From a virus, in the IMG/VR virus record IMGVR_UViG_3300028590_000009, positions 21,055 to 85,054 of that record: 64,000 nucleotides of DNA. One strand, 5' to 3'. The notes under the pieces were generated by a model. The model was not told the origin of the DNA and searched no databases. It saw only the letters and a list, made by a program, of their open reading frames with translations. Shown piece after piece: positions 9,084-19,824 of the stretch. Within the stretch, counting starts at the first letter, position 1. Every line of letters starts with the position of its first letter. The position numbers and the translations under genes were made by a program.

Positions 9084-10340
9084 ATGGCGCAAGAAGCATT
9101 GGAAGCAGGCGGATGGCCGCCCAAACACAAACTGATCCCCGAGAAAGGCGCTGACGGGGTTTGGCGACTGACCAAGGTTCGCCACCGCACCTACGGCGGA
9201 CGTTACGTGCGCACGAGCGGCGCGGGCGCCACAAGGAAAGAGTGCCTGTCCGATTGGGAGAAACGGTTCGAGGTGAACCGTCAGAAAGGCTCCGCGCACA
9301 GCAGTTCCACCAAACGCCGCGAGTTCGAACCAGCCGACAAGATGGCGGTCGTGTTCGACGCCTTCATCGCCGCACAGGAACGCAAATGTGAGGCAGGCAA
9401 GATCACGCGCCAAACGCTGGTGTCGTATCGGCAGTCGATCTACCCCGTCGAGAACGGTGGTAGCCCGGACTCGATCAAGCTCATGCGCGAACTGGGCGAC
9501 CTGACGATCGCCGAGGTCGGCAAGCCGAAGTTCCTGGCCGACTACCTGGAAGACATCGCCGACGCCTCACCCGGGTATGCGGCCCGCCACCACCTGATCC
9601 TGACCGTGGTGTTCAAAATGCTCACCCTCGCAGGATTGTTCGACTTCTCCCCGATGGCGCCTGTTCCTCAGCCTGGTATTCGGGGTGGTTCGCAGCGGGC
9701 GTTGACCGCGGATGAGCGGGACGCCCTGTATGACGTGTTGTTGGCGGCGTCACCGCGCACGAAGTATCTGCGCCCGTTGACGTTGACGTTGCTGGGCACG
9801 GGGGTCCGTCCGGGGGAGGCGCTGGCCCTGCGGTGGATGGACGTCGATGGTTTGGATGATCCCGAGGTGGATCGGGCGACGGCGTATGTGTGCGGAACTT
9901 TGGTGTCGCGCGGCGGGGTGACGTTTCGGCAGCCGAGGCGCAAGTGCGGCAACTCCTACTACCTGACTTTGCCGCGTTGGCTGACGACGGTGCTGCGGGC
10001 ATGGAAGGCGGATGTGAAGCCATCGTCGGTGGAGCGTCCGATGTTCGAGTCGTTGCGGGGCGGGTTGTTGTCGCCGCGGACTGCTGAGAGCACGTTGAAG
10101 CGTGCGCGGACGGGTTCGGCGTTGGAGTGGGTGAAGTTCGGCAATCTCCGAGACACCGTGGCTACTCATGTGACTGGGGTGTCGGGTGATCCGAAGCATG
10201 CTAGTGCTCAGTTGGGGCATTCGGAGGGGGCGTCGTTGGCGATGCGTCATTACATCGATTCCGCTGGTTACAAGCATCCTGCGGTCGATAACGCGGACGC
10301 GTTGGAGCTGTTGGCGCCGAGCAAAGTTACACCAAAGTAG
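9084..10340 (+). CDS. int: Tyrosine integrase
   Basis: TGVRPGEALALRW, NLRDTVAT (variant of HxxR), LGHS, HY. Confidence 0.9.
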   Translation: MAQEALEAGGWPPKHKLIPEKGADGVWRLTKVRHRTYGGRYVRTSGAGATRKECLSDWEKRFEVNRQKGSAHSSSTKRREFEPADKMAVVFDAFIAAQERKCEAGKITRQTLVSYRQSIYPVENGGSPDSIKLMRELGDLTIAEVGKPKFLADYLEDIADASPGYAARHHLILTVVFKMLTLAGLFDFSPMAPVPQPGIRGGSQRALTADERDALYDVLLAASPRTKYLRPLTLTLLGTGVRPGEALALRWMDVDGLDDPEVDRATAYVCGTLVSRGGVTFRQPRRKCGNSYYLTLPRWLTTVLRAWKADVKPSSVERPMFESLRGGLLSPRTAESTLKRARTGSALEWVKFGNLRDTVATHVTGVSGDPKHASAQLGHSEGASLAMRHYIDSAGYKHPAVDNADALELLAPSKVTPK

Positions 10341-10570
10341 GAATCCAGGGGTTTTCGCTGAGACCCGCACCTATGCCTACCTGCGCGAATACCTATATTC
10401 TGCGCATATGAAGGTACGTATCCGTGGGGGGTTACTGTGACCTGCGGTTATAGTGATTTTTAGGCCGTTTGACCTGCGGTTTTCCCGGATCGAACCTCCC
10501 GCGACTTCCCGCTGTCCCACTGCGTAATCCCGCTGTTTTGCGCTCAAAGTGACACTCAAAGTGACACTTT
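10322..10570. other. Putative attP region with arm-type repeats
   Basis: CAAAGTTACAC-CAAAGT at the int 3' end; tandem CTCAAAGTGACA at 10543-10566; TGACCTGCGG twice; TCCC(G/A)CTG three times. Confidence 0.6.
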
Positions 10571-10571
10571 T

Positions 10572-10607
10572 GCCCCCGGAAACCCCCTCGGTTTCCGGGG
10601 GCTTTCT
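10572..10607 (+). terminator. Hairpin terminator
   Basis: GCCCCCGGAAACC-N5-GGTTTCCGGGGGC followed by TTTCT. Confidence 0.75.
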
Positions 10608-10787
10608 CGTCTCCTGAGGCACCGTCGGCGGACCCGATTTCAGCCCGGATCGCGACGACTGATCGCCCCTGTCCGAGCCGCCCGTTGCATCCACCCCTCA
10701 GCGTGTCGAATCCGAGACGCGCCGACGACTTTTCAACCCCCGCGAACTCTCGGCAACCACAACTACCCATTCATTGAAATTATGGCA

Positions 10788-10814
10788 TGAACTGGAGTTG
10801 ATGCTATAGACTGA
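10788..10814 (+). promoter_or_regulatory. Phage promoter motif (TGAACTGGAGT-N8-TAGACT)
   Basis: Matches copies at 1852 and 2569; precedes the operon starting at 10846. Confidence 0.65.
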
Positions 10815-10845
10815 GCAGATTCACTCCGACCGTGAGGATTCCCCA

Positions 10846-13411
10846 ATGCCTGATAGCGCAGCCCTGTTTCAGCTCATCCGAGGCGGCATCTACCGCAACC
10901 CTCTGGGCGCCGAGCTGACCGCCCTCATGCCAGCGCGGGATTGGGACACCACTCGCCTCGGACCGATCGACCTCCAGCCAGTATTTGGCGACATCTGGAT
11001 CGTTGAGGCCGCAGGCGGCATCTTCGGCGGTGCGCGCCACCTCGCCACGGCAGATGGCCTCTCCGCTTACGGTTACCAGCTGGTTCCGGGCGCGACGGAG
11101 TTCAGCGATGTCTGACCCCTCCGAACTCCTCGCCGCCGCTATGGCGAAGTCGACCGACCGCCAAGCCCTCGAATACGGGGGAGCTGACTGGCGAACCACT
11201 GCCGTCGACGTCCTGGCCGAGGGCTGGCGTCCACCGCCGCGCGTCATCACCGACCCCGCCGAAATGGATGCCATGGGGAACCGCGCGGTCGTGCGTGACG
11301 ACACCGGTTTGACGTTCGCTCACGAATCGGGCAGTTGGTGTGTGGCGGGACCGATTCGCGGAACCCACTCCAGCGCCGAGGTGCTGGACATTTCCGATGG
11401 CAAAGTGACCGTTCTGTGGGAGCCCGCCGATGCCTGACCGCCTCACTGACGAACGCCTGCACGCGCTCCGCGACGACGAGGCCATCTGCACCAACGCGGG
11501 GGAGCGGTCGATGGCCGCCGAATTGATCGAGGCCCGTGCCTGGATCTCGGCGGACAAGCTGACGTTGGATCGCGTGGCCGACGAACTCGGATGCAGCCGT
11601 CCGCAACTCGATCTCTGGTTCGCCCGCAACCTCATCGCCTCTCTGGAGGCGGATCGGAACGTGGTTGTCGGCCAGTTGCGAACCTCTCGCGAGATCGCCG
11701 CTGGGCTTCGACTGCTCGTCGCCAACGGTGAGCAGGAGATCGCAGCCTTGTACACCCGCGTCGCCAAGCTCGAAGGGGAGTTGCGCGAGGAAGGCAACCG
11801 CGCTGGCTATTTGGCGGACTTGTTGCGCGCAGCCTGCGTGGAGGGCGCGGACGCTCGCGCCCGCGTCCATGAACTCGGGAGGCAACTCGACCGCGTAACC
11901 GACCTGTTCGAGAAGTGGGCGGCCGAGGAGAACGAGCATCGCAAGGCGGGTGAGTTCGGTATCGCCGAAGGATTGCATGTCGCGATCGAGGAACTGCGGG
12001 CGGCAGTTCACGGCAAGGAGGATGACCGCTGATGGGGCACACGATCATCAAACCGATCCGTGACGAGGACTTCTATGTCGTCTACTCGTCCGTCGTGGAC
12101 GCGCCGATCCGGTGCGGCACCCGCGCGGAACTGGAAGCCACCTACGAGCACGCCGCAGCGGACCGGTTCGCCCGCGCCGACGAGCACGGTACATCCTCGA
12201 AACTCGGCTGGGACGGATGGGATCAGCAGACCATCACGGTGCGTGAAGGCTTCCGGCCCGGTGCGTGGCCGCCGAATGCCTGTTGGGCGAAAGTCGCCCG
12301 CGTGGACCTTCGCCAGCTCTGCGAATCCGTTGATGCCGACGGCTACTGGAACCCACCCGAAGGGCTTATCACCTGGGAACACTTCGACGAGGAGGCCGAC
12401 CGATGAATGACGACTACTACCGCGACGGCATCCTGAGGCGGACTGAATTCCGGGGCAACGCCTTCGCGATCGACCCTGACGATTGCGGCTGCACCGACTG
12501 CATCACCGGGGAGGCATTCCACCCCTCCGACTCCCGGTTGTGCACCGCGATCCAGCAGGGCAGGACGCTCATCAACCGCACCGGGCATGAAGTGATCCTG
12601 CCCAACGGATACCGCCTCGATTACGGCCAGTCGTGGCATCCAAGGGCGCGGAATCACTGCCCCGGGTGCATTTGCGGCGAGAGGGAGTGGTGAGCAGCGA
12701 TGAGTGAACTCCTGGGCACCGATTCGCGTCAGTGGCGGCATCTCTCGAACGACACCACTTGGCCCGCCCTCGAACACGACGACGACATCGACTCCGTGGA
12801 ATGGCGGCTGCGACACGCCCCCGACTACCTGACGCCGCAAGACCTCGCGTTCGCGGCCTCAGTCATGTCCGCCTACGAACACCTCATCTACCACGCCGAT
12901 CGGGCGACAGTCGCTCTCGTGCGACGCGAACTGCGGGAAGGGCTGAAGGAACGTCATGGATGACGACGAGCACCTTGAGCGCGCCATGCGGATGTACGAA
13001 CAGGCTGCCATCGCCGACATTCGACGCGAGACGGACGCGATGGAAGATGGGCTCGCCGCGATCAGCGTTCCCGGTGCAGACGGAACGCCGATGCCGTCCA
13101 CCTGCCACCCCTGCTACGCGAAGCAACGCCAGTTCATCACCGACTGGCTGGAGCGTCGCCCAGGCGCACCGAGCGGCCCATACCTGCTCCTCCCGAAGCC
13201 GATTCGGCCAAGGAGGTACGAGCACTTCGCCGCAGACGTGTCCCCGACTACCCCAATGCTCGAAACGCTGGAATTGCAGCGCCGAACCGCTTGCGCCCCC
13301 GCGCCATACGTCGGCAGTCCATACTCTCTCACCTGGCAATGCGGCGTCGACAAGCTCGGTCGCGCCGTAGCTGGTGAGATCACCTACGAATTCCTCTACC
13401 CGGGCCTCTGA
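10846..13411 (+). other. Operon of seven small hypothetical genes (10846-11115, 11108-11437, 11430-12032, 12032-12406, 12403-12693, 12700-12963, 12956-13411)
   Basis: Overlapping or adjacent ORFs with RBS-like sequences. Confidence 0.7.
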
Positions 13412-14088
13412 GCTTTGCTGTCTCGCCATCGCTTCCGCCACGTCTTCACCAGCCCGCGAATCCCCGCGACCGACGTGGCGACAAGGATCGGCACCGAAAA
13501 CGCCGCCAACTGCGTGTCATACCGGTCGATCACCGACTCCGACGACTCAGCGAGCAGCACAACGGTCACCACAGCCGACGCCAACGCAGCCAGAGCCGTC
13601 ACCCACACCGTCACCATCGGCAACACACGCTTATGCCTCGTCGAATACAGCAACACGGCGCCCACCGACAACGCGATCAACGCCGTCAACCCTTGATACA
13701 CAGTGCTGCCCGGTAACGGCCTTGCACCGAAACCCGAAGCAACCACTTCCGCGGCCACGATCGCCAAGCAGTACACAACCCAGATCCGCACATGCAGCCG
13801 GTTCTTCCGCCACCGCAGGCACAGCACCCCGAACACGCAGCACGCGAAACCGCCGATCACCGCATGTAGCAGATCCGAGATGTTGGCGGGTGTCACTGGA
13901 GTTTCATCCAACCAGTCCGCCCAAGTCGGCACCTGAACCGCGTAAGTGCCTGCTACAGCGAACAGGGCCACGGTCATAAGTTTCCGGCCGGTAACGTCCA
14001 CCTTGTCCGGGCATTCAGTAGGCAGCCGCCGCCAGATAGTGAGCCGTGCGACTGCTACGACCGCCGCGAGGATGACGAGGTACCACAT
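13396..14088 (-). CDS. Polytopic membrane protein (~7 TM)
   Basis: Multiple hydrophobic segments; downstream of an HTH gene. Confidence 0.7.
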   Translation of the reverse strand: MWYLVILAAVVAVARLTIWRRLPTECPDKVDVTGRKLMTVALFAVAGTYAVQVPTWADWLDETPVTPANISDLLHAVIGGFACCVFGVLCLRWRKNRLHVRIWVVYCLAIVAAEVVASGFGARPLPGSTVYQGLTALIALSVGAVLLYSTRHKRVLPMVTVWVTALAALASAVVTVVLLAESSESVIDRYDTQLAAFSVPILVATSVAGIRGLVKTWRKRWRDSKAQRPG

Positions 14089-14143
14089 AACGGGAGGTTA
14101 CCGCCGTAACAGGATTGTTAACCCTCGGTTGCCCAAACTTGTA

Positions 14144-14452
14144 CTATTCGCCGCCGAGTGCAGACATCCACGAATCCCCACCAGGGTCTTTGTGGTCGGT
14201 CATAAAGTCAGACGAAGCAGCAAGGCCCTCGGCCTCGGCAAGGATCTTCGACAAATCGGTACCCAGCACGGCCGCGACCGCCAACTGATCCTCCAGTTTC
14301 CAGTCGCTCCCGGTCTGCTCCCGCTTGCGATAAGAACTCTTGGACATGCCGAGCTTTTCCCACATGGTCTGTTGGGTCATCCCCGCCTCTCGCCGTCGCT
14401 GTGCGACCACACGCCCGAAGGCACGTTGCAGTCTTTCTTGGTGCCGTTCCAC
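14144..14452 (-). CDS. XRE-family HTH protein
   Basis: RRREAGMTQQTMWEKLGMSKSSYRKRE..VAAVLG. Confidence 0.8.
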   Translation of the reverse strand: MERHQERLQRAFGRVVAQRRREAGMTQQTMWEKLGMSKSSYRKREQTGSDWKLEDQLAVAAVLGTDLSKILAEAEGLAASSDFMTDHKDPGGDSWMSALGGE

Positions 14453-14854
14453 GGCCTCACCCTAACGCGTGTGGCCGCGCGAAATGCGTTAGCGAAACGT
14501 TGCGCAAACACGCGGCGATCAAACCTTGCGGTACCGTCGTCACCGGTACTAGTCTTACATCCAATCGGATATAACAGGATTGATACCCAAAATATTCGTG
14601 TCAACACGCCCACCGTCGGGGGAGGGCAGGCTGACCCTATGGGGATCCCTTTGATGAGGTAGAAGCCTAGACGCAACCAAACGGATGCTCGAAGACCCCG
14701 AAACCGGGTCTACGCACCCTCGGCGGCAACCAGAACGAGACCCAGCCGCCAGATCGCCCAGCCGCGCGGCACCCGACGCGCCCCGGGCGAATCTTCCGTT
14801 ACACCTTGTTATCCCGCCCTCACGGGCGGCACTCGCGCACCCAAGGACGACCCA

Positions 14855-15364
14855 ATGACGTACTCGCCCGACCGCCCACCAGAACCACACCCCGACTACG
14901 CCGAATACGTGCTCGCCGACACCGAACCCAACATCCTCGTGGACCTCGCAGTCCTCGGCGTCGTAGAACGAACCCCCATCGACTGCATGTGCTGGTGGGT
15001 CGACGACCAAAAGAAGCTGTGGAAGCAAATCGGACAAGTCGCCGTCAACATCGACACCGGAGTCATCGAATTGTGGCCCGCCGACGGCCCATACATGTAC
15101 CCCAGCGATCACGGGCGACTCCGCGACGCCGGATTGAAAGCCTTCATGGATCCGCCCAGCCTCGACACACACTGGTCGCGGGTAGTTCGCGAAACCCCTC
15201 AAGGCCCGGTCGGGTTCTGGGAAACCATGATCGCAGTGCAGGCAGACGCAAAAAGCCTCCCGGTAAGGATCATCCGGGCGGCTCATGGGTTCGCGCAACG
15301 GCAAGAGATCGCGTTCTCACGCCGATATGTCAAAACAGCAGACGGACAAAACACCGTCGCATAG
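14855..15364 (+). CDS. Hypothetical protein
   Basis: AAGGA RBS; 169-aa ORF ending at a hairpin. Confidence 0.65.
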   Translation: MTYSPDRPPEPHPDYAEYVLADTEPNILVDLAVLGVVERTPIDCMCWWVDDQKKLWKQIGQVAVNIDTGVIELWPADGPYMYPSDHGRLRDAGLKAFMDPPSLDTHWSRVVRETPQGPVGFWETMIAVQADAKSLPVRIIRAAHGFAQRQEIAFSRRYVKTADGQNTVA

Positions 15365-15381
15365 CAGGGGATTCACCAGGG

Positions 15382-15408
15382 GGTGGGCTCCACTATCGAG
15401 AGCCCACC
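15382..15408. terminator. Hairpin between convergent genes
   Basis: GGTGGGCTC-N9-GAGCCCACC. Confidence 0.6.
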
Positions 15409-15414
15409 AGAGGC

Positions 15415-15924
15415 TCAGCCTTTGGAACGCGCAGTACGACGCGCAGGCTTCACATCTTCCTCGACACGCCTCAAAGCGCTACGACTGTCCTCGCCAGCTT
15501 CTATTCGCTGCAATGCGGGACCGGGACCGGGACCTAACCGTCTCCGTACAAGCTCGACGACTTGATCGTTTGTGAGCACCCCCGCAAGGATCTCGACATC
15601 GGTCGTCGGCAGCGGATCAGCCGTGATCCCCAGCTCCTCTTTGGTCACATAGCCTGCCCGCACGATCACTTCGGAGATCGGCCGACGGAAGGTTTCCGCG
15701 ACCTTGCGCACGATCGGCATCCGCGGCTGTTTGCCTTCGTCTTTCCAGGAGACCGGGGTTGTGGATGCGACGCCCAGGCGGCCGGCGAGGGCGTTGAAGC
15801 TGGGGATGCCTTCGATGTCCATGAGTTTCTGGATGTAGGGCCACCAGTCGGGGGCATTCGATTCGGTTGTGGCGGCAGCTTTGGCAGTCACGGTGGCACC
15901 CTTCACAGGTTTACCCATTGGCAT
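15415..15924 (-). CDS. Immunity repressor-like HTH protein
   Basis: SFNALAGRLGVASTTPVSWK..GKQP..VAETFRRP..VIVRAGY; divergent from the early operon; start uncertain. Confidence 0.7.
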   Translation of the reverse strand: MPMGKPVKGATVTAKAAATTESNAPDWWPYIQKLMDIEGIPSFNALAGRLGVASTTPVSWKDEGKQPRMPIVRKVAETFRRPISEVIVRAGYVTKEELGITADPLPTTDVEILAGVLTNDQVVELVRRRLGPGPGPALQRIEAGEDSRSALRRVEEDVKPARRTARSKG

Positions 15925-16247
15925 GGAGTAGATGGTCGGTGCAACTGATGTTACGACAGCGTAGGGCGACATCGAAAGGGTGTGTCGCGAACCAATCGGC
16001 GGACACATGGTCCGCCTCCTAATCAAACCGCTGGTCATGCTTGGTTTGAGGGCATCCTAAATTCTTTGTCACACCACGAACTAACCGGTTTGTGCCCGCA
16101 ATTCAGGTTACAGACTAGACTGAATGCTGTACGATAAACTGAGACCGCGAAACCGCAGGTCAACCATCCCTAGACATCAGAAAGGCCCGCCCCGACTGGC
16201 ATCGGGACGGGCCACACACCCCACGACCCCTGGAAGGACCACGTGGA

Positions 16248-16400
16248 ATGTCTGAACCCAATCGTAGTCATAAAGCTGTGAGCAGCCTGTGGCACATCGC
16301 CCGAGCACACCTCACCGTCGGCTTGAGCGTCGTCGGACTAATCGCCCTCGAAGCGCTCATCATCCTCAACCTCATGCCAGCGATCTGGAGCATGCCGTGA
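16248..16400 (+). CDS. Small membrane peptide (50 aa)
   Basis: Hydrophobic ORF whose stop overlaps the next GTG. Confidence 0.5.
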   Translation: MSEPNRSHKAVSSLWHIARAHLTVGLSVVGLIALEALIILNLMPAIWSMP

Positions 16401-17329
16401 CGCCGCTCGAAGGTCACCAGCTTGCCGAAACGCTGGAGCCGGGCAGCCCTATCTGGTGGTCAAAGATGTCGGCCTCGAAGGTGGCCGCAGCAATCGGCCT
16501 GTCCCCGTGGGAATCCCGATTCTCCCTGTGGCACAAGATGGCTGGCAGCCTCGACAGCCCGCCCATGACGCCCGAACAAGCTCGCGGCCACTACCTCGAA
16601 CCTGCCATTCATGCCTGGTTCTCCGACCAGCATCCCGAATGGGACGTCACGAAAACAGGCACCTGGCAGCACAACGAACGTGACTGGCAGATCGCCTCAC
16701 CCGACGGCCTCATATGGGTGCCCACCGAAGACGGTGGACGCGAACTTCGCATCGGCGAATGGAAGACCGACGCCCACCCCGACGGCGGCGAAGACCCCGA
16801 ATGGGGAGAAGAAGGCACCGACCGAATCCCCGCAGGCTACCGAGCCCAAGTCATGTGGACCATGGACACGATCGGCGCCCGAACCGCCCACATCGCCTGC
16901 CTCGGCGCGTTCCTCAACTTCCGGCAATACGTCGTCCACTACGACGCCGACGAAGCCGCCGACATCCGTACCCGCGTCACCGCATTCAGGGACACCCTGC
17001 CCGACGGCAAGAACCCGCAACGCCCAGACATCGACGCCCACACCGCCACCTACGAAGCGGTACGCGCCCTCAACCCGTTCATCGTCGACGACCGCATCGA
17101 ACTCGACGCCGAAACCGCCATCCGCTACCTCGCCGCCCTCGACGCCGAAAAGGCCGCGAAGGACGAAAAGCGTATGGCTACTGCGCTCGTCGCCGACGAG
17201 ATGGGCGACCTGAAATACGGAACCTATCTCGGCGTGAAAATCGCCCGCCGCGAACAGAAATCAGGCGGCACCCCCTACGTGAAAACCACCGGGCATCGCC
17301 CCAGCATCCAGGAGGCACAAGCAGCATGA
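16397..17329 (+). CDS. YqaJ/RecE-like exonuclease
   Basis: SASKVAAAIGLSPWES, RGHYLEP, ASPDG, EWKT, YRAQV. Confidence 0.9.
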   Translation: MTPLEGHQLAETLEPGSPIWWSKMSASKVAAAIGLSPWESRFSLWHKMAGSLDSPPMTPEQARGHYLEPAIHAWFSDQHPEWDVTKTGTWQHNERDWQIASPDGLIWVPTEDGGRELRIGEWKTDAHPDGGEDPEWGEEGTDRIPAGYRAQVMWTMDTIGARTAHIACLGAFLNFRQYVVHYDADEAADIRTRVTAFRDTLPDGKNPQRPDIDAHTATYEAVRALNPFIVDDRIELDAETAIRYLAALDAEKAAKDEKRMATALVADEMGDLKYGTYLGVKIARREQKSGGTPYVKTTGHRPSIQEAQAA

Positions 17330-18198
17330 GCACCCCCACCACGTCCCAGGCCATCGCCAAACAGGACAACACGCCCGGCGCGATGATCAAGACCTACCAA
17401 TCCGACTTCTCCCAGGTCATGCCGCAACACATCCGCCCCGACACCTGGATCCGCATCGCGCAAGGCGCATTGAAGAAAGGGCGCAAACAGGGCGGACGCT
17501 ACGAACTGGAGATCGCGGCGGCGAACAACCCCGGAGTCTTCCTCGCCACCCTGCTCGATGCCGCACGACTCGGTCTCGAACCAGGCACCTCGGAATACTA
17601 TCTGACCGCCCGAAAGGTCAAAGGGCAGCTCGAAATCCTCGGCATCCCCGGCTATCTCGGACTCGTCAAACTCATCTACAACGCGGGCGCCGTCTCCTCC
17701 GTCGTCGCCGAATGCGTGTACTCCAACGACCTGTTCTCCTACCATCCCGGCCGCGACGACATCCCCAACCATGAGATCGACTGGGACGCCGAAGACCGCG
17801 GCAACCTGCGCCTCGTCTACGCCTACGCGCGCATGAAAGACGGCGCCATCTCCAAAGTGGTGGTGCTGTCCAAGCACGACATCAAACGGATCAAGGAATC
17901 GTCGCAGGGCGCGCACTCGGAGTACTCGCCGTGGCAGAAACATGAGGCCGCCATGTGGCTCAAATCGGCGGTGCGGCAGCTCGCCAAATGGGTGCCCACC
18001 TCGACCGAGATCCGCAACGACGCGAAACAGGTCGAGTCCGCGCGCGCTGACGCCCCGGACACGTTCACGGCGCCCGCCTTGGATGCTGTCGATCCGGTCA
18101 TCGAAGGCGAACTCGTCGACGACGGCGTATCCGATGCGCCCGACGCCTACTACGCCGAGACCGACGGCGGCATGTTCCCGCCCGAGGACCAGCAGTGA
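17326..18198 (+). CDS. recT: RecT-family recombinase
   Basis: AARLGLEPG..YY, GYLGLVKL, AYARMKDG, SPW..H..AMWLKS.VRQL.KW.P. Confidence 0.9.
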   Translation: MSTPTTSQAIAKQDNTPGAMIKTYQSDFSQVMPQHIRPDTWIRIAQGALKKGRKQGGRYELEIAAANNPGVFLATLLDAARLGLEPGTSEYYLTARKVKGQLEILGIPGYLGLVKLIYNAGAVSSVVAECVYSNDLFSYHPGRDDIPNHEIDWDAEDRGNLRLVYAYARMKDGAISKVVVLSKHDIKRIKESSQGAHSEYSPWQKHEAAMWLKSAVRQLAKWVPTSTEIRNDAKQVESARADAPDTFTAPALDAVDPVIEGELVDDGVSDAPDAYYAETDGGMFPPEDQQ

Positions 18199-18416
18199 AG
18201 TCGGTCGACCTGGACCCGCAATCCACGCCTTTCGAGGCGTGGATTGTGTTCCCCCAGGCTGGCGAACACGAGGGCGAAGGCGGCGACTGCTATGCGGTTT
18301 CTTATTTCGACAACGAACTCGAAGCCCTCCGATGTGCGAATCGCCGCGACGGATTCCGCGCGGTTCTCATCAAATCGGGTCAAACCATCCTCGAAGCAGT
18401 GGAGAAGCAGACGTGA
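18195..18416 (+). CDS. Hypothetical protein
   Basis: 4-nt overlaps at both ends. Confidence 0.6.
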   Translation: MKSVDLDPQSTPFEAWIVFPQAGEHEGEGGDCYAVSYFDNELEALRCANRRDGFRAVLIKSGQTILEAVEKQT

Positions 18417-19105
18417 CCAGTTGGACCGATCAGCCGCTCGCAGCGTTCGACCTCGAAACCTCGGGCGTGGACATCTTCTCGGACCGCATCGTCACCGCGT
18501 GCGTCGTCCGCATCGATGGTGGTGAGGTTCAGCCGCGCAACTGGATCGCGGACCCCGGTATCCCGATCCCTGCCGAAGCGACGGCAGTGCACGGAATCAG
18601 CACCGAGTACGCGCAGAAACATGGGCGCCCGCACTCGGATGTGGTGTCGGAAGTAGTGGCCGAACTGTATGCCTGCTGGAACGAAGGTCGCGGAATCGCC
18701 GTGTTTAACGGCTGTTTCGACTTCTCCATGTTGGCGACCCATGTCCCCGATTTCGATGCGCGTGGCCTGATCGTCGACGCGCATGTGCTGGACAAACAGG
18801 TCGATCGCTACCGCAAAGGCTCCCGCAAGTTGTCCGCGGTCATGATCCAGTACGGGATGCGCCTGGACGACGCGCATGATGCCGAAGCTGATGCACTCGC
18901 CGCGGCTCGTCTGGCATGGAAACTGCCGCGCGTCTATCCCGCCCTCGCCGCGCTCACTACATCAGAACTGATGCAGTCCCAAGCCGCCTGGTACCGCGAA
19001 CAAGCCGAGTCCTTCCGCGACTATCTGCGCCGCCAAGGCAAACCACACGACGACGTCTCAACCGACTGGCCCATCCGCAGGGCGAGCGAAAGTGAAGCAG
19101 CATGA
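18413..19105 (+). CDS. DnaQ-like (DEDDh) 3'-5' exonuclease
   Basis: AFDLETSG, VHGIST, FNGCFD, AHDAEADA. Confidence 0.9.
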   Translation: MTSWTDQPLAAFDLETSGVDIFSDRIVTACVVRIDGGEVQPRNWIADPGIPIPAEATAVHGISTEYAQKHGRPHSDVVSEVVAELYACWNEGRGIAVFNGCFDFSMLATHVPDFDARGLIVDAHVLDKQVDRYRKGSRKLSAVMIQYGMRLDDAHDAEADALAAARLAWKLPRVYPALAALTTSELMQSQAAWYREQAESFRDYLRRQGKPHDDVSTDWPIRRASESEAA

Positions 19106-19824
19106 CCACCTCGAAAAGTTGGCTCGCCCAAATGTACGAAGACGCGGGCTACCACAACGCCGACGCCACCCGAGCGCACCTCAAAACGTTCACCGACGCC
19201 GGCATCAACCTCAACCAAGTCGCCCGCGCCGCAAACGTCCCCTCCGCGATCGTCTACCGCATCGCCCGCGGCTACAGCAAAGTCCTTCGCCCCGACTGGG
19301 CCGCGATCCTCGCCGACCTCACCATCGAACAAGTCCGCGAACACAAGCGAGACGCCACACCGATCACTGTCAACTGGAACGCCCGCCGCTTCGAACAAAC
19401 CGGCTACCACGACGCCGCAACCACCCGCGCCATCCTCAACACCCTCGCCGACGGCGGATGCACCATGTACCGGCTGTCCAAAATCACGGGCATCCACGAC
19501 ACCTGGCTCGGCGACATCAAACGCGGCAAAGCGAAATACGTGCACCCCGACGACGCCAAAACCATCGCCGCAATCGACGTCGAAGACCTCCTCGACCTCA
19601 TCGCAGGCGAAAACTATGTCGACCCCGTGATGCTCGAACGCATCATCCGCGGACAGCATCGCGGCAAGATCAGCACCGCCGAACGGAAAGCGGTCCTCAA
19701 CTACGCGGTCGAACACAACTGGACCCGAACCGATTTGGCGCCCATCCTCGGCGTCAGTAGGGCGACCGCTGATCGGGCACTCGTCCGCAGACGGGCCAAG
19801 CTTCGCGAACGGGTCGCGGCATGA
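19102..19824 (+). CDS. DNA-binding protein with duplicated HTH domains
   Basis: Internal repeat GYHNADATRAHL / GYHDAATTRAIL. Confidence 0.7.
   Translation: MTTSKSWLAQMYEDAGYHNADATRAHLKTFTDAGINLNQVARAANVPSAIVYRIARGYSKVLRPDWAAILADLTIEQVREHKRDATPITVNWNARRFEQTGYHDAATTRAILNTLADGGCTMYRLSKITGIHDTWLGDIKRGKAKYVHPDDAKTIAAIDVEDLLDLIAGENYVDPVMLERIIRGQHRGKISTAERKAVLNYAVEHNWTRTDLAPILGVSRATADRALVRRRAKLRERVAA

Noticed and set aside
10480-10505. GGTTCGATCC on the minus strand as a tRNA-derived att core
   Set aside because: Flanking T-stem and acceptor sequence do not pair convincingly; the core cannot be assigned without host sequence.
16714-17325. Long Arg-rich N-terminal extensions in the ORF track (RecT, DnaQ at 17942, XRE at 7442)
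   Set aside because: They overlap upstream genes or promoters; downstream starts were used instead (4-nt coupled for RecT and DnaQ, start of the HTH domain for XRE).
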